This document shows positions 9,121 through 17,388 of a stretch of 64,000 nucleotides of DNA, piece by piece. The stretch is from contig JAJPJL010000128.1 in assembly GCA_021324255.1 (NCBI GenBank), forward strand, positions 26,422-90,421. The letters run 5' to 3'. This stretch comes from Bacillota bacterium (GTDB lineage: Bacteria > Sysuimicrobiota > Sysuimicrobiia > Sysuimicrobiales > Segetimicrobiaceae). The translations under genes and the position numbers were made by a program. Within the stretch, counting starts at the first letter, position 1. Each line of letters begins with the position of its first letter. Under the pieces are notes generated by a model. It was not told the origin of the DNA, made no database searches, and saw only the letters and a list, made by a program, of their open reading frames with translations.

Positions 9121-9660
9121 CTACTCCGCGAAATCCTCGGTGATCATGTATCCCGCGGCGCCGGCCGTAGCGATGCCGATGCCGACGCGGCGAAACACGG
9201 GATCCAAGATGTTCCGCAGGTGCCCCGGACTGCTCATGAGCGTGCGGTGCGCTTCTTCCACGGTGGGCGCCAGCACGACGTTTTCTCCGACGGCCCGCCA
9301 TCCCCGCACCGCGGCCGACAACCGGGCGACGAACGACTGCCCCGCCGCCGAGTCGTGACCGAGATAGCCGTCCAATGCCATCTCTTGCGAGTGGCGCCGC
9401 GCGACCGTGCGCAGCGCCTTGCTCATGACCAGCGGCGGCAGGTGATGCGCCTCTCGCGCACGATTCACGAGGCCGAGCAGCGTCGTTTCCCCGGCGGGAA
9501 CCACGGCGCTCACCGGCGCCCGGTACCCGATCCGAACCACGACCGATCCGACCGCGCCGATGCTCTGCGAAAATCCAGGTGCCACGGCGGCGGCCACCGC
9601 GACGACACTCGAACATGCCAGCGTTGCGAGAAGGCGTCCGCGCAGCTTCGGGTATCCCAT
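9121..9660 (-). CDS. secreted CAP/SCP (PR-1-like, YkwD-type) domain protein
   Basis: The ATG at 9660 follows GGAGG. A signal peptide (MGYPKLRGRLLATLACSSVVAVAAAVAPGFSQ) is present. The CAP hallmark ...MSSPGHLRNILDPVFRRVGIGIA... is present. The upstream part of the listed 399-aa ORF is Arg-rich junk. Confidence 0.7.
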   Translation of the reverse strand: MGYPKLRGRLLATLACSSVVAVAAAVAPGFSQSIGAVGSVVVRIGYRAPVSAVVPAGETTLLGLVNRAREAHHLPPLVMSKALRTVARRHSQEMALDGYLGHDSAAGQSFVARLSAAVRGWRAVGENVVLAPTVEEAHRTLMSSPGHLRNILDPVFRRVGIGIATAGAAGYMITEDFAE

Positions 9661-9896
9661 TCCCGGAAGCCTCCGCTCGTCCACGCCATGCTCCGGCGGC
9701 CGCCCGGCCTGCCGGTCTCCGGCGGCGCGCCAGACCTGTCGCCCGCGCAAGCCCGTAGCTCCTGCGCCGCCTCTGCCTGTCGTTGTCGCGTGTAACGGTG
9801 TCGGGCGGGAAGTCTCCGGCGAGGACCCGGTCGCCGAATTACGAGAGACTACGCCGCGGCGGCCGCGGATGCCTGCCGGTTCCGCGGCAAATTGCG

Positions 9897-10202
9897 CTAG
9901 TGGGTCCGGCCTCGCTTGCGCGGCCCGGCGGACGCAGGATCGGACCGGCCGCGATCCGCGGGCGGCGGCGCGATTGAGGATTGGCCCCCGGACGGGTTCG
10001 CGCCGAGCATCTGGTTTGCCGTCCACACCGCGACCCGGCAGACGACGTCGTGCGGCAACTGGCCCGCGATGCGCGCCGCGCGCCCGTAGCACTGGACCGC
10101 CCAATCCGGCATGCCGAGCGCCCGGAGGCGCTCCAGCGATTCCGCGAACGCGGCGCGGCGCTCGCGGCCAAGGCGTGAGGGGTTGCGGCGTTCTCGCAGC
10201 AT
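9897..10202 (-). CDS. hypothetical small protein (about 101 aa)
   Basis: The minus frame has about 90% third-position GC and a protein-like sequence (AFAESLERLRALGMPDWAVQCYGRAARIAGQLPHDVVCRVAVW). It is the better-coding frame relative to the + ORF 9981..10178. The start is uncertain. Confidence 0.3.
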   Translation of the reverse strand: MLRERRNPSRLGRERRAAFAESLERLRALGMPDWAVQCYGRAARIAGQLPHDVVCRVAVWTANQMLGANPSGGQSSIAPPPADRGRSDPASAGPRKRGRTH

Positions 10203-10379
10203 ACATGATGGTGGTGCCCAACGCACCCCCGCCGTAGACGAGCGATGCGCTCTGCGCGTGCCGCTCCGCCGAGACCGACGGCGCGCCGCGGTACCGCGGC
10301 GCGCGGCCGCGTGGTACCATTGCCCTGGCGGCACGGCGGCACCACGCAGGCGATGCCGGCCCGCCCGAGGAGGGAACCG

Positions 10380-11318
10380 ATGACCGCGCGATTCGAGCCT
10401 ATCAGCGGCGTGCTCGCGCCGATCCTGACGCCGTTTGCGGACGATCTCAGCGTCGCCCACGATCTGTTCATCGCGCACGCGCGGCATTTGCTGTCCACCG
10501 GGTGCGCGGGCCTCGCGCCGTTCGGCACCACCGGCGAAGCGCTGTCGGTCGGCATCGACGAGCGAATCGCCGCCCTGGACCGCCTGATCGACGCCGGCGT
10601 CGACCCGCAACGGCTGATCCCCGGGACGGGCCTGACCAACCTCCCGGACACGATCACCCTGACCCGGCACGCCGCCGAGCGCGGATGCGCGGGGGCCCTG
10701 GTCCTGCCGCCCTTCTATTTCAAGAACGTCCCGGACGACGGCCTGTTCGCGTACTTCGCGCGTCTCATCGAGCGCATCCCGTCGGCCAACCTCCGCATCT
10801 ACCTCTACCATATCCCGCCGGTGTCGCAGGTCGGGTTCTCCATCGACCTCGTCCGCCGGCTGCACGCCGCGTTTCCGGCGCAGGTGGTCGGCATCAAAGA
10901 CAGCTCGGGCGATTGGAGCAACACGCGCCGTCTGCTGACCGAGGTGCCGGGGCTCGCGGTGTATCCCGGATCGGAGCTGCCGCTGCTGGACGCCCTGTCG
11001 CTCGGCGCCGCGGGCTGCATCACGGCCACGGCGAACATCAACGCCGCGGCGCTGGCGGAGGTCGTCGCGGCGTACCAGCGAGGCCGGGAGGCGGATGCGA
11101 GACAGCGGCATGAGGCGGTCAAGGCCGTCCGGCTCCTCGTGCAAGAACACGGCCCGATCCCGGCGCAGAAATACGTGCTGGCCGCCTGGTCCGGGGACGA
11201 GCGGTGGCGCCACATCCGACCGCCGCTGCTGCCGCTCGCGGACGCCGCGGGACGGCGATTGGTGCGCGCGCTGGAGCACGAGCATGGGTTGGCGCCGTCG
11301 CAGCGCACGGCGGTGTGA
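10380..11318 (+). CDS. dihydrodipicolinate synthase/N-acetylneuraminate lyase family protein (DapA-like class I aldolase)
   Basis: The ATG at 10380 follows GAGGAGGGAACCG. It opens with the typical DHDPS beginning (GVLAPILTPF) and contains the Schiff-base Lys context GIKDSSGD. The gene ends with TGA. Confidence 0.8.
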   Translation: MTARFEPISGVLAPILTPFADDLSVAHDLFIAHARHLLSTGCAGLAPFGTTGEALSVGIDERIAALDRLIDAGVDPQRLIPGTGLTNLPDTITLTRHAAERGCAGALVLPPFYFKNVPDDGLFAYFARLIERIPSANLRIYLYHIPPVSQVGFSIDLVRRLHAAFPAQVVGIKDSSGDWSNTRRLLTEVPGLAVYPGSELPLLDALSLGAAGCITATANINAAALAEVVAAYQRGREADARQRHEAVKAVRLLVQEHGPIPAQKYVLAAWSGDERWRHIRPPLLPLADAAGRRLVRALEHEHGLAPSQRTAV

Positions 11319-11379
11319 GGCCCCGGCGGCCGCTGGACCTCGACAGCCGAGGCCGCCGCGTCTCGCCGCGGTCGCGGTC

Positions 11380-11622
11380 GTGCTGGCGCTGGCGGCCTTT
11401 ACCGCGGATATCACGATCGGGTGCGGCCCCGCCTATGTGTACGGGGTCGTGGCGCAAAAGTACGCGTCCACCGGCGATCGGATGACCTGGATCCTGCAGG
11501 TCGAGGACGAGTTCTACCCGGTGCCTCAAGCCTTCTACGACCGGGTGCAACTCGGCGACACCGTCAAGTTCGACGGCCGCGCATGGTCGGTCGTGAAGCG
11601 GGCGGGCCCGACGCTGCGCTAA
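11380..11622 (+). CDS. hypothetical small protein (about 81 aa, GTG start; possible N-terminal TM)
   Basis: Third-position GC is about 90% in this frame downstream of the dapA-like stop. The protein reads ...AQKYASTGDRMTWILQVEDEFYPVPQAFYDRVQLGDTVKFDGRAWSVVKRAG. The start codon is uncertain (GTG at 11380 or ATG at 11485). Confidence 0.3.
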   Translation: MLALAAFTADITIGCGPAYVYGVVAQKYASTGDRMTWILQVEDEFYPVPQAFYDRVQLGDTVKFDGRAWSVVKRAGPTLR

Positions 11623-11698
11623 GCCGGGCCGGCCGGGGCCGCCGCCGCAGGGCGCAGAAGCGGCGCGGCGCCGAGCCCGGGCGCAACGCGATACCTCA

Positions 11699-13255
11699 TC
11701 ACGGGAACGGCCCCGTCCATGGCCGCGGGCCGGCCGAGTACCGCGACGAATGCCGCAGCGTGAGGCGCAGGGCCTTGAGCGCCGTGACGGTCCACCGGAC
11801 CCCTCCCAGCAGGAGCCCGGCCGCGTCGCGCATGCCCCAGCGATAGCGGATCACCTGCTCGTCGAGATGCGCGCGAAGGCTGAGCCCGCTGTGCTCGGCG
11901 GCCGCCGCCTGGTTCGTCGCCGAGACGGCGTCCAGAAACTCGCGGTAGGGCACGTCGTCGACGGTGACCAGACCGTAGTTCGAGTTCTCGCCGTCCGCCC
12001 GGCCCTGCGCGGGCTCGTCCGCCCACCGGAACCAGTGATATCCGACGGCCTCGGGCAGGCTCACCAGGTTCATCACGTAGTTCACGTAGGCTAAGCCCCG
12101 CGTGCGCTGGTCGAAGACCCACGGCCCCGCGCCGATCGTGTTTGGCAGGCCCGAATCCAGCGACCGGAACGAAAACTCGGTCACCAGCACCGGCCGCCCG
12201 GTGGCCGCGTACACGCGCCGAACGGCGCGGCGCGGATCCCGGACGTACAAATTGATCGAGACGACATCCGCCGCCCGCGCCGCCCGGAGCACCGGGAACG
12301 GGGGCAGGCCTTGAAACCGTTCCCCCAGGTAGAGATGGTGCGGGTCCACGTCCCGGATCGCCGCGGCGGCCACGGCAAAGTAGCGCGCCGCGACCCGCCC
12401 GAGAAATGCCTCGGCATCGAGGCGGTAGGCGCGCGTCCGCGCGGACGGCGGCACGCCGGCAAAGTCCGCAGCTGCCACCCGCCATGCCGCGTTGAGACGC
12501 GCGATGCTGCCGCCGTAGCGGTCGCGAAGAAAAGCAACCGCGTGGGTGCGCCCGGGCGCGCCGGCTGACAATTCCAGATATGCCGCCAGCAGCGTTTCGC
12601 GCCGCCGCCAGTCGGTCCCCCACCACAGCTCGTTGTCGCTGAAGTACCCGAGCAGGTTCGGGTCGTCCGCGATCGGCAACTCCAGGGCCGCCGCGGTCTG
12701 CCGCGCCGTGGCCTCGAATCCGGGCGCGTACACGTCGACCGGCTTGCCGCGCGGCGGATCCGCCCCCGCCCGCGCCCCGAAATCGAGCATGACGGTATAC
12801 GCCATACCGTGGGTCCACAACTGCGGATCGGACCACGCGCCGAGCGTGTTGAAGGCCGAGAGGCGCAGGAGCGACAGCGCGGCATCGGCCCACGCCGCCC
12901 GGTCCGCGTACCGCCGGCGCACCGCCTCCAGGTAGGGGGACGGCCCCGTGCCGCGGATCGGATCACCATCGTACGTGACGTCGTTGACGCCGACCGATAC
13001 CACGGGGTGCCCGGAGGGGTCGACGAACCACCACCGTCCGTCGATCCGGGCCACGCGGTAGAAGCCCGTCGCGGCGACAGGCGACAACACGGACGGAGGC
13101 TGGGGCACCACCGGCGACACCGCCGCCACCGTTCCCAGGCTCAGCGTGAGCAGGCACATGCCGAGCGCGACGGCGCCCCTCGCCCGCCGGCGCCACGGAT
13201 CCGCACCGTGCCCATTGCCGAGTCGCGCCGGGATGCGCATTCGCAGCCGCGCCAC
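11699..13255 (-). CDS. secreted glycoside hydrolase, clan GH-A TIM-barrel (GH5/GH2/GH42-like)
   Basis: A signal peptide is present (RARGAVALGMCLLTLSLGTVAAVSP). The acid/base motif reads YFSDNELWWG (NEx) and the nucleophile motif reads PVLVTEFSF (TEF). The exact GH family was not determined. Confidence 0.65.
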   Translation of the reverse strand: MARLRMRIPARLGNGHGADPWRRRARGAVALGMCLLTLSLGTVAAVSPVVPQPPSVLSPVAATGFYRVARIDGRWWFVDPSGHPVVSVGVNDVTYDGDPIRGTGPSPYLEAVRRRYADRAAWADAALSLLRLSAFNTLGAWSDPQLWTHGMAYTVMLDFGARAGADPPRGKPVDVYAPGFEATARQTAAALELPIADDPNLLGYFSDNELWWGTDWRRRETLLAAYLELSAGAPGRTHAVAFLRDRYGGSIARLNAAWRVAAADFAGVPPSARTRAYRLDAEAFLGRVAARYFAVAAAAIRDVDPHHLYLGERFQGLPPFPVLRAARAADVVSINLYVRDPRRAVRRVYAATGRPVLVTEFSFRSLDSGLPNTIGAGPWVFDQRTRGLAYVNYVMNLVSLPEAVGYHWFRWADEPAQGRADGENSNYGLVTVDDVPYREFLDAVSATNQAAAAEHSGLSLRAHLDEQVIRYRWGMRDAAGLLLGGVRWTVTALKALRLTLRHSSRYSAGPRPWTGPFP

Positions 13256-13330
13256 TGGGTGTGTGCCTCGCGATGCCCCTATAGAAGGTAATGCCCCGGG
13301 GGCGCGCGGCGAAATCCGGCGCGGCCGGGC

Positions 13331-14527
13331 TCATCCGCTCCCGCCGTCCTCGGCGGCGAGCGGCCGGCCGCCGATCACGGTCAGGACCGGGACGAGACGG
13401 CGGCGCGCGTGCATGGTCCGACCGGTGACATCCATGAATGAAAACGTACCGGCGCGGTCATCCAGCACCGTGACGTCCGCGGGCGCGCCCGCACGCAGCG
13501 TGCCGAGGTCCGGCCGCCCGATCGCCCGGGCCGGCGCCACGGTCGCGGCGGCGATGACCCGGTCGAGCGGCATGCCGAGCACGAGCAGCTTCGACATCGT
13601 CGTCGGCAGATCGTACGCCGGGCCGTCAATGCACAATGCGTGGACGTCGCTGCTGATCACGTCCGGCAGGAAGCCCGCGGCGAGACACGCCTCGGCGCTC
13701 TCGAAGGAAAAGCTGCCCATCCCGTGGCCGATGTCGATGACGACGCCCCGCGAACGCGCATCCCACAGTTCCGGCAGCACCCGGCCGGTGACGCCCGGAT
13801 CCACCGTCGGCCCGTTGGGGAACGGCCGGAACGCGTGGGTCAAGATGTCGCCCGGGCGCAGGAGCGGAAGCACCTCGCGCCGGGTCGGCGGCGGCATATC
13901 GGTGTGTACCATCAGGCGCGCGCCGAGGGCCTCAGCCGCCGCGAGCGCGAGGTGCAGCGGCGCGATGCCCCGGCCCTCGCCGGCGATCAGGCCGAGGCGC
14001 ACCTTGATCCCCAGCACGAGGTCGCCGTGCTCGCGGGCCGCGCGGACGGCCTCGCCCACATGCAGCAGGCGCAGGTCGACCGATTCTCCCACCATGAGCT
14101 GGCGCGAAAACGCGAAGATACCGGCGTAGCTGATGTTGAGGAAGGGCAGCACGCGAACCCGCGCGCGCTCGATCAGATGCCGGCGAAATCCCCGAATGTT
14201 GCCGGCGCCCGCGCTCCCGGCATCGACAAACGTCGTCACGCCCGCGCGCGCGCTGAGCGCGTCGGGATCGATGCCCAGCGAGGTACCGCCCCAGTACACG
14301 TGCGCGTGGAGGTCGATCAGCCCGGGGGTGACGAGCTTGCCCGACACGTCGATGACGCGCGCGGCTTCCTCCCGCGGCAACGCGGGCCCCACCGCCGCGA
14401 CGCGGCCGTCCGCGATGGCGACGTCCGCGACCGCGTGCAGGCGCTGAGACGGATCCAGCACCGTGCCGTTCGCGAGCACGAGATCGTATGGCGGCACCGC
14501 ATCACCTCCAATTGGCGCGCGACCCAT
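13331..14527 (-). CDS. metal-dependent amidohydrolase family protein
   Basis: The HxH metal motif sits in GLIDLHAHVYWGG. The N-terminal beta-sandwich lead (YDLVLANGTVLDP) and the later motifs DMPPPTR and VIDIGHG match the amidohydrolase superfamily. Confidence 0.75.
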   Translation of the reverse strand: MGRAPIGGDAVPPYDLVLANGTVLDPSQRLHAVADVAIADGRVAAVGPALPREEAARVIDVSGKLVTPGLIDLHAHVYWGGTSLGIDPDALSARAGVTTFVDAGSAGAGNIRGFRRHLIERARVRVLPFLNISYAGIFAFSRQLMVGESVDLRLLHVGEAVRAAREHGDLVLGIKVRLGLIAGEGRGIAPLHLALAAAEALGARLMVHTDMPPPTRREVLPLLRPGDILTHAFRPFPNGPTVDPGVTGRVLPELWDARSRGVVIDIGHGMGSFSFESAEACLAAGFLPDVISSDVHALCIDGPAYDLPTTMSKLLVLGMPLDRVIAAATVAPARAIGRPDLGTLRAGAPADVTVLDDRAGTFSFMDVTGRTMHARRRLVPVLTVIGGRPLAAEDGGSG

Positions 14528-14593
14528 CGGGCGCGGGCGCAGTCCGGGTACCGCCCGGGGGTCGGGCGGCGGCGGCGCGATCGCGCTGTGCGC

Positions 14594-15643
14594 TTAGGGA
14601 GACGGCGCCGGAGCCGGCGCGAAAGAACGCTCGACGATCTGATCGGGATTGCCCAACCGCCCCAGCGGTCGCCCATCCACGGCGACGGCCACGGCGCCGG
14701 CGTTGGTCGTGCTCAGGATGACTTCCCGCCGGCCGGCCCACACCCGCCGCTCGCCCGGCGCCAGCACTCCGTCGTAGACCGCGCGCCCGTCAACGATCGC
14801 GCGGACCCACGCCTGCGCGCTGGCGGCGATCTCCACGCGCACGGACTGCGCGGCCCCGGGCCGCACGCTCGGCGGCGGGGCGGCGGTGGCTCCAGGCGGC
14901 GCCGGCGATGCCTGGGAGACCGGCGAGCCCGATGTCGAGGCCGGGGCGGGGGCAGCTCCGGGAGTCGCGCGCGCAGGCGGCGAAGCCAGGGTGACAGGCG
15001 CGGGAGGAGCCGGCATCGCCTGCTGGGCGCTTGGACTGACCGGCGATCCCTGACCGGCGGCCGGCGGCCGCACGACTGCCCCGGTCACCGGCGCGGCCTG
15101 GCTGGTCGGGGCGGGCGCGCCCTGGGCCCCCGTCCCGGGCGCCGCGGTCGCCGGAGTGGCCACGCGCGGCGAGGGCGGCGACGCGGCCCCGGCGTCCGCA
15201 GCGCCGGCGGCGGCGGACGTCGCGGGGCGCGCGGACCTGGCGGCGCCGTGCGGGCGTTCCAGGCCGTGATAGACGAGATACGCGGCGGCTACGGCGGCCA
15301 CAAGCGCAACCGGCGCCACGAGCCGGCTCGCCGGCCGGCGAGCCGGCGATGCCACGCGCGTCTCCGGGTAAACCGACGCCGGCGGCGGCTCGCCCTCCCC
15401 GGCAAAGGCCCGGGCCGCTACGAGCTCCTGAATGAGCTCGTCCGGGGACAGTCCGAGATAGGTGGCGTAGTTGCGAAGGAATCCCTTGGCGTACACCGGG
15501 CCGGGAAGGTCGCCAAACCGGTCGCTCTCGAGGGCGTCGAGGTGGCGCTCCGGAATACGCGTGTTCGCGGCGACCGCTTGCAGGGACCATCCGAGCGCCT
15601 GCCGCGCCCGGCGCAATCGCTCACCGACGCCGATCGCGTCCAT
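14594..15643 (-). CDS. rodZ: RodZ-like cytoskeleton protein (XRE HTH + TM + Pro/Ala-rich linker + C-terminal DUF4115-like domain)
   Basis: The N-terminal HTH reads GVGERLRRARQALGWSLQAVAANTRIPERHLDALE. A TM helix (LVAPVALVAAVAAAYLVY) follows. The C-terminus reads VRVEIAASAQAWVRAIVDGRAVYDGVLAPGERRVWAGRREVILSTTNAGAVAVAVDGRPLG. An alternative GTG start lies at 15652. Confidence 0.75.
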   Translation of the reverse strand: MDAIGVGERLRRARQALGWSLQAVAANTRIPERHLDALESDRFGDLPGPVYAKGFLRNYATYLGLSPDELIQELVAARAFAGEGEPPPASVYPETRVASPARRPASRLVAPVALVAAVAAAYLVYHGLERPHGAARSARPATSAAAGAADAGAASPPSPRVATPATAAPGTGAQGAPAPTSQAAPVTGAVVRPPAAGQGSPVSPSAQQAMPAPPAPVTLASPPARATPGAAPAPASTSGSPVSQASPAPPGATAAPPPSVRPGAAQSVRVEIAASAQAWVRAIVDGRAVYDGVLAPGERRVWAGRREVILSTTNAGAVAVAVDGRPLGRLGNPDQIVERSFAPAPAPSP

Positions 15644-15834
15644 GATGACCACCGTCGATTGGAGCGGCCACTGTGTACCGCTATCCTAAGCGACGGCGAC
15701 GGGCCGAGCAAGAGGCTCGAGGCCGCGCCGGAGCGCGGGTCCGCGGTGCGGCCCGGTACCCGTCCGAACGGCAGGCCCGGAGGCAGACCGCGGCCGCGGC
15801 GCGTTCCCCGGGACCCGCGGCGCTGCCGCCGCGC

Positions 15835-16266
15835 GTGGCGCTGCTGCTTCGACGAGCCCGCGTGGCCCGGCTGGCCACCGCCGATCCGCGCGGGCAGCCA
15901 TACGCGGTGCCCGTGTGCTTTGCGTTCGACGGCGGGAGCATCGTGAGCGTCATCGACGCCAAGCCCAAGCGCCTCGCCCCACGCCGTCTACGCCGGATCC
16001 GCAATATCGCCCTGAACCCCCGGGTGGCGCTGCTTGTCGACGCCTACCATGAGACGTGGACGAGGCTGTGGTACGTGCTCGTGCTGGGGCGGGCCGAGCT
16101 CGTCGAGCCGGGCACACCGCGCCACGCTCCGGCAATCCGGCTCCTGCGTCGCAAGTACCGCCAGTACCGCACCATGCCGCTGGACGAGGCTCTCGTGATC
16201 GATATCGTCCCGCAGCGCGTGGCGGCATGGTTTGCCCGCAGACCGGCGCGCGCTCGACCGCGATAG
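15835..16266 (+). CDS. pyridoxamine 5'-phosphate oxidase (PPOX) family, probable F420-dependent enzyme
   Basis: The protein reads LLLRRARVARLATADPRGQPYAVPVCFAFDGGSIVSVIDAKPK...RIRNIALNPRVALLVDAYHETWTRLWYVLVLGRAELVEPG. The listed ORF begins with a GTG at 15673, but the first 54 codons are Arg/Ala low-complexity. The GTG at 15835 gives a typical 143-aa protein. Confidence 0.6.
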   Translation: MALLLRRARVARLATADPRGQPYAVPVCFAFDGGSIVSVIDAKPKRLAPRRLRRIRNIALNPRVALLVDAYHETWTRLWYVLVLGRAELVEPGTPRHAPAIRLLRRKYRQYRTMPLDEALVIDIVPQRVAAWFARRPARARPR

Positions 16267-16344
16267 TCGCGGCGGCGTGCTCCGCGCGTACGTGGCCCGG
16301 CTCGACGACTGGCACGAACAACGCGGGGACGTTCGCCGCTCCGA

Positions 16345-16623
16345 CTAGGCGCCGTCCCTGCCGCGGTGCTGCGCGGCGCGGGCCGCCGGAGCCGGACGAA
16401 CGACATCCCGGATCGACGCGGCGGCGGACAGCTCCGGCAGCAAACAGCACGACGCGACGGCGCAGGGAACGGGCGAGCCGGTCTCCGGCGCCAACACCCC
16501 GGGGATCCCGGGCAGCGGCAACGGCTGCGGGTCCAGCTGGCACGACCCCGCGATCGGAGCCGCCGGCAACGCCAGCGCGGCGCCGATTGTCAAGATGGCG
16601 AGCACGATCATGGTGTGGTGCAT
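16345..16623 (-). CDS. small secreted Cys-containing protein (92 aa precursor)
   Basis: RBS GAGAAAGGGGACCG precedes the ATG. The signal peptide reads MHHTMIVLAILTIGAALALPAAPIAG. The mature part carries 4 Cys (SCQLDPQPLPLPGIPGVLAPETGSPVPCAVASCC). Confidence 0.5.
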   Translation of the reverse strand: MHHTMIVLAILTIGAALALPAAPIAGSCQLDPQPLPLPGIPGVLAPETGSPVPCAVASCCLLPELSAAASIRDVVRPAPAARAAQHRGRDGA

Positions 16624-16667
16624 CGGTCCCCTTTCTCCGCCCGAAGGCGCGCCGCCCCAAAAAGACC

Positions 16668-16702
16668 GAGCGGCCGGACCGGGACATCCCGGTCCGGCCG
16701 CC
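16668..16702 (-). terminator. intrinsic terminator after peptide gene A
   Basis: The perfect hairpin CCGGACCGGGA-cat-TCCCGGTCCGG is followed on the minus strand by CTTTTTGGGG. Confidence 0.5.
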
Positions 16703-16718
16703 GGCGGCGACGAATCGG

Positions 16719-16931
16719 TTACTGGTTCTGCTGCAGGTAGACCGGCGTGTTGTCGCCCGTGTTCAGCTGTGGCGCTTGGTCGGTGTTGCCCGTGGTCACC
16801 ATGGTCGTCGCCACGTCCGGCGTCGACACGGCGCCGGCCGGATACCCTTGTCCATTCTCGTCCGCGAGAGCGGCGGCAGGGGCCAGGGCCATCGCCGCAC
16901 CCAGGGTGAGCAGTGCCAGAACTCGACGCAT
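16719..16931 (-). CDS. small secreted peptide precursor, paralog A (70 aa)
   Basis: RBS GAGGAGGCAACGATC precedes the ATG. The signal peptide reads MRRVLALLTLGAAMALAPAAALA. The mature peptide reads DENGQGYPAGAVSTPDVATTMVTTGNTDQAPQLNTGDNTPVYLQQNQ, with no Cys. Confidence 0.6.
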   Translation of the reverse strand: MRRVLALLTLGAAMALAPAAALADENGQGYPAGAVSTPDVATTMVTTGNTDQAPQLNTGDNTPVYLQQNQ

Positions 16932-16988
16932 GATCGTTGCCTCCTCTACGTTCGGTCGCTCGATTTTGTGGGCTCGTGTTGCGAGCCG

Positions 16989-17213
16989 TTACTGGTTGTT
17001 CTGCAGGTACACCGGCGTCTGCTGATCCGCCGGTGCCCCGTCGGACGGTCCGAGCTGCTGCGCGCCCGCACCGCTGCCCGACCCGATCTCGACGGCGGCG
17101 CTCGACGTCGTGCCCGTGAACGGAGACGAATGCCCGTTCTCATCCGCCATCGCCGCGGCCGGCGTCAGCGCCGCTGCCGCTCCGAGTACAACCATTGCCA
17201 GAAGTCGACGCAT
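16989..17213 (-). CDS. small secreted peptide precursor, paralog B (74 aa)
   Basis: RBS AAGGAGGACACCTTCG precedes the ATG. The signal peptide reads MRRLLAMVVLGAAAALTPAAAMA. The mature peptide reads DENGHSSPFTGTTSSAAVEIGSGSGAGAQQLGPSDGAPADQQTPVYLQNNQ. It shares the signal peptide, the DENG N-terminus and the TPVYLQxNQ C-terminus with paralog A, with a divergent core. Confidence 0.6.
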   Translation of the reverse strand: MRRLLAMVVLGAAAALTPAAAMADENGHSSPFTGTTSSAAVEIGSGSGAGAQQLGPSDGAPADQQTPVYLQNNQ

Positions 17214-17317
17214 CGAAGGTGTCCTCCTTTCTCGATCCTTTCAGATCTAGGGTCTGATTCTTCTTTGGTACAAGCCGCTTACTATTCACAACCAGACGAT
17301 ACCATGGAGACTTCTTA

Positions 17318-17352
17318 TTGTCAAGACACTTCCCTTCTGTTAGTATGTAACA
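17318..17352 (+). promoter_or_regulatory. sigma70-like promoter for HxlR gene overlapping a face-to-face -35 for the divergent peptide operon; short inverted repeat over the -10
   Basis: On the + strand: TTGTCA, a 17-nt spacer, then TAGTAT. On the - strand: TTGACA (reverse complement of 17319-17324), a 17-nt spacer, then TATCGT. The inverted repeat TGTTA-n5-TAACA spans the + strand -10. The element lies in an AT-rich 175-bp spacer. Confidence 0.45.
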
Positions 17353-17388
17353 GGTAGGCAAAGAAAAATATTCCGAGGAGAAACCGCG

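Noticed and set aside
9981-10178. 65-aa plus-strand ORF
   Set aside because: The opposite strand has much higher third-position GC and a more protein-like sequence (reported instead as a low-confidence CDS at 9897-10202).
13640-15946. 768-aa plus-strand ORF
   Set aside because: It is antisense to the amidohydrolase and RodZ genes. It is a long open frame only because of GC bias.
16056-17357. 433-aa plus-strand ORF spanning the peptide-gene region
   Set aside because: It is antisense to the three small secreted-peptide genes, which have strong SDs, signal peptides and a terminator. The ORF is Arg/Pro-rich with no motifs.
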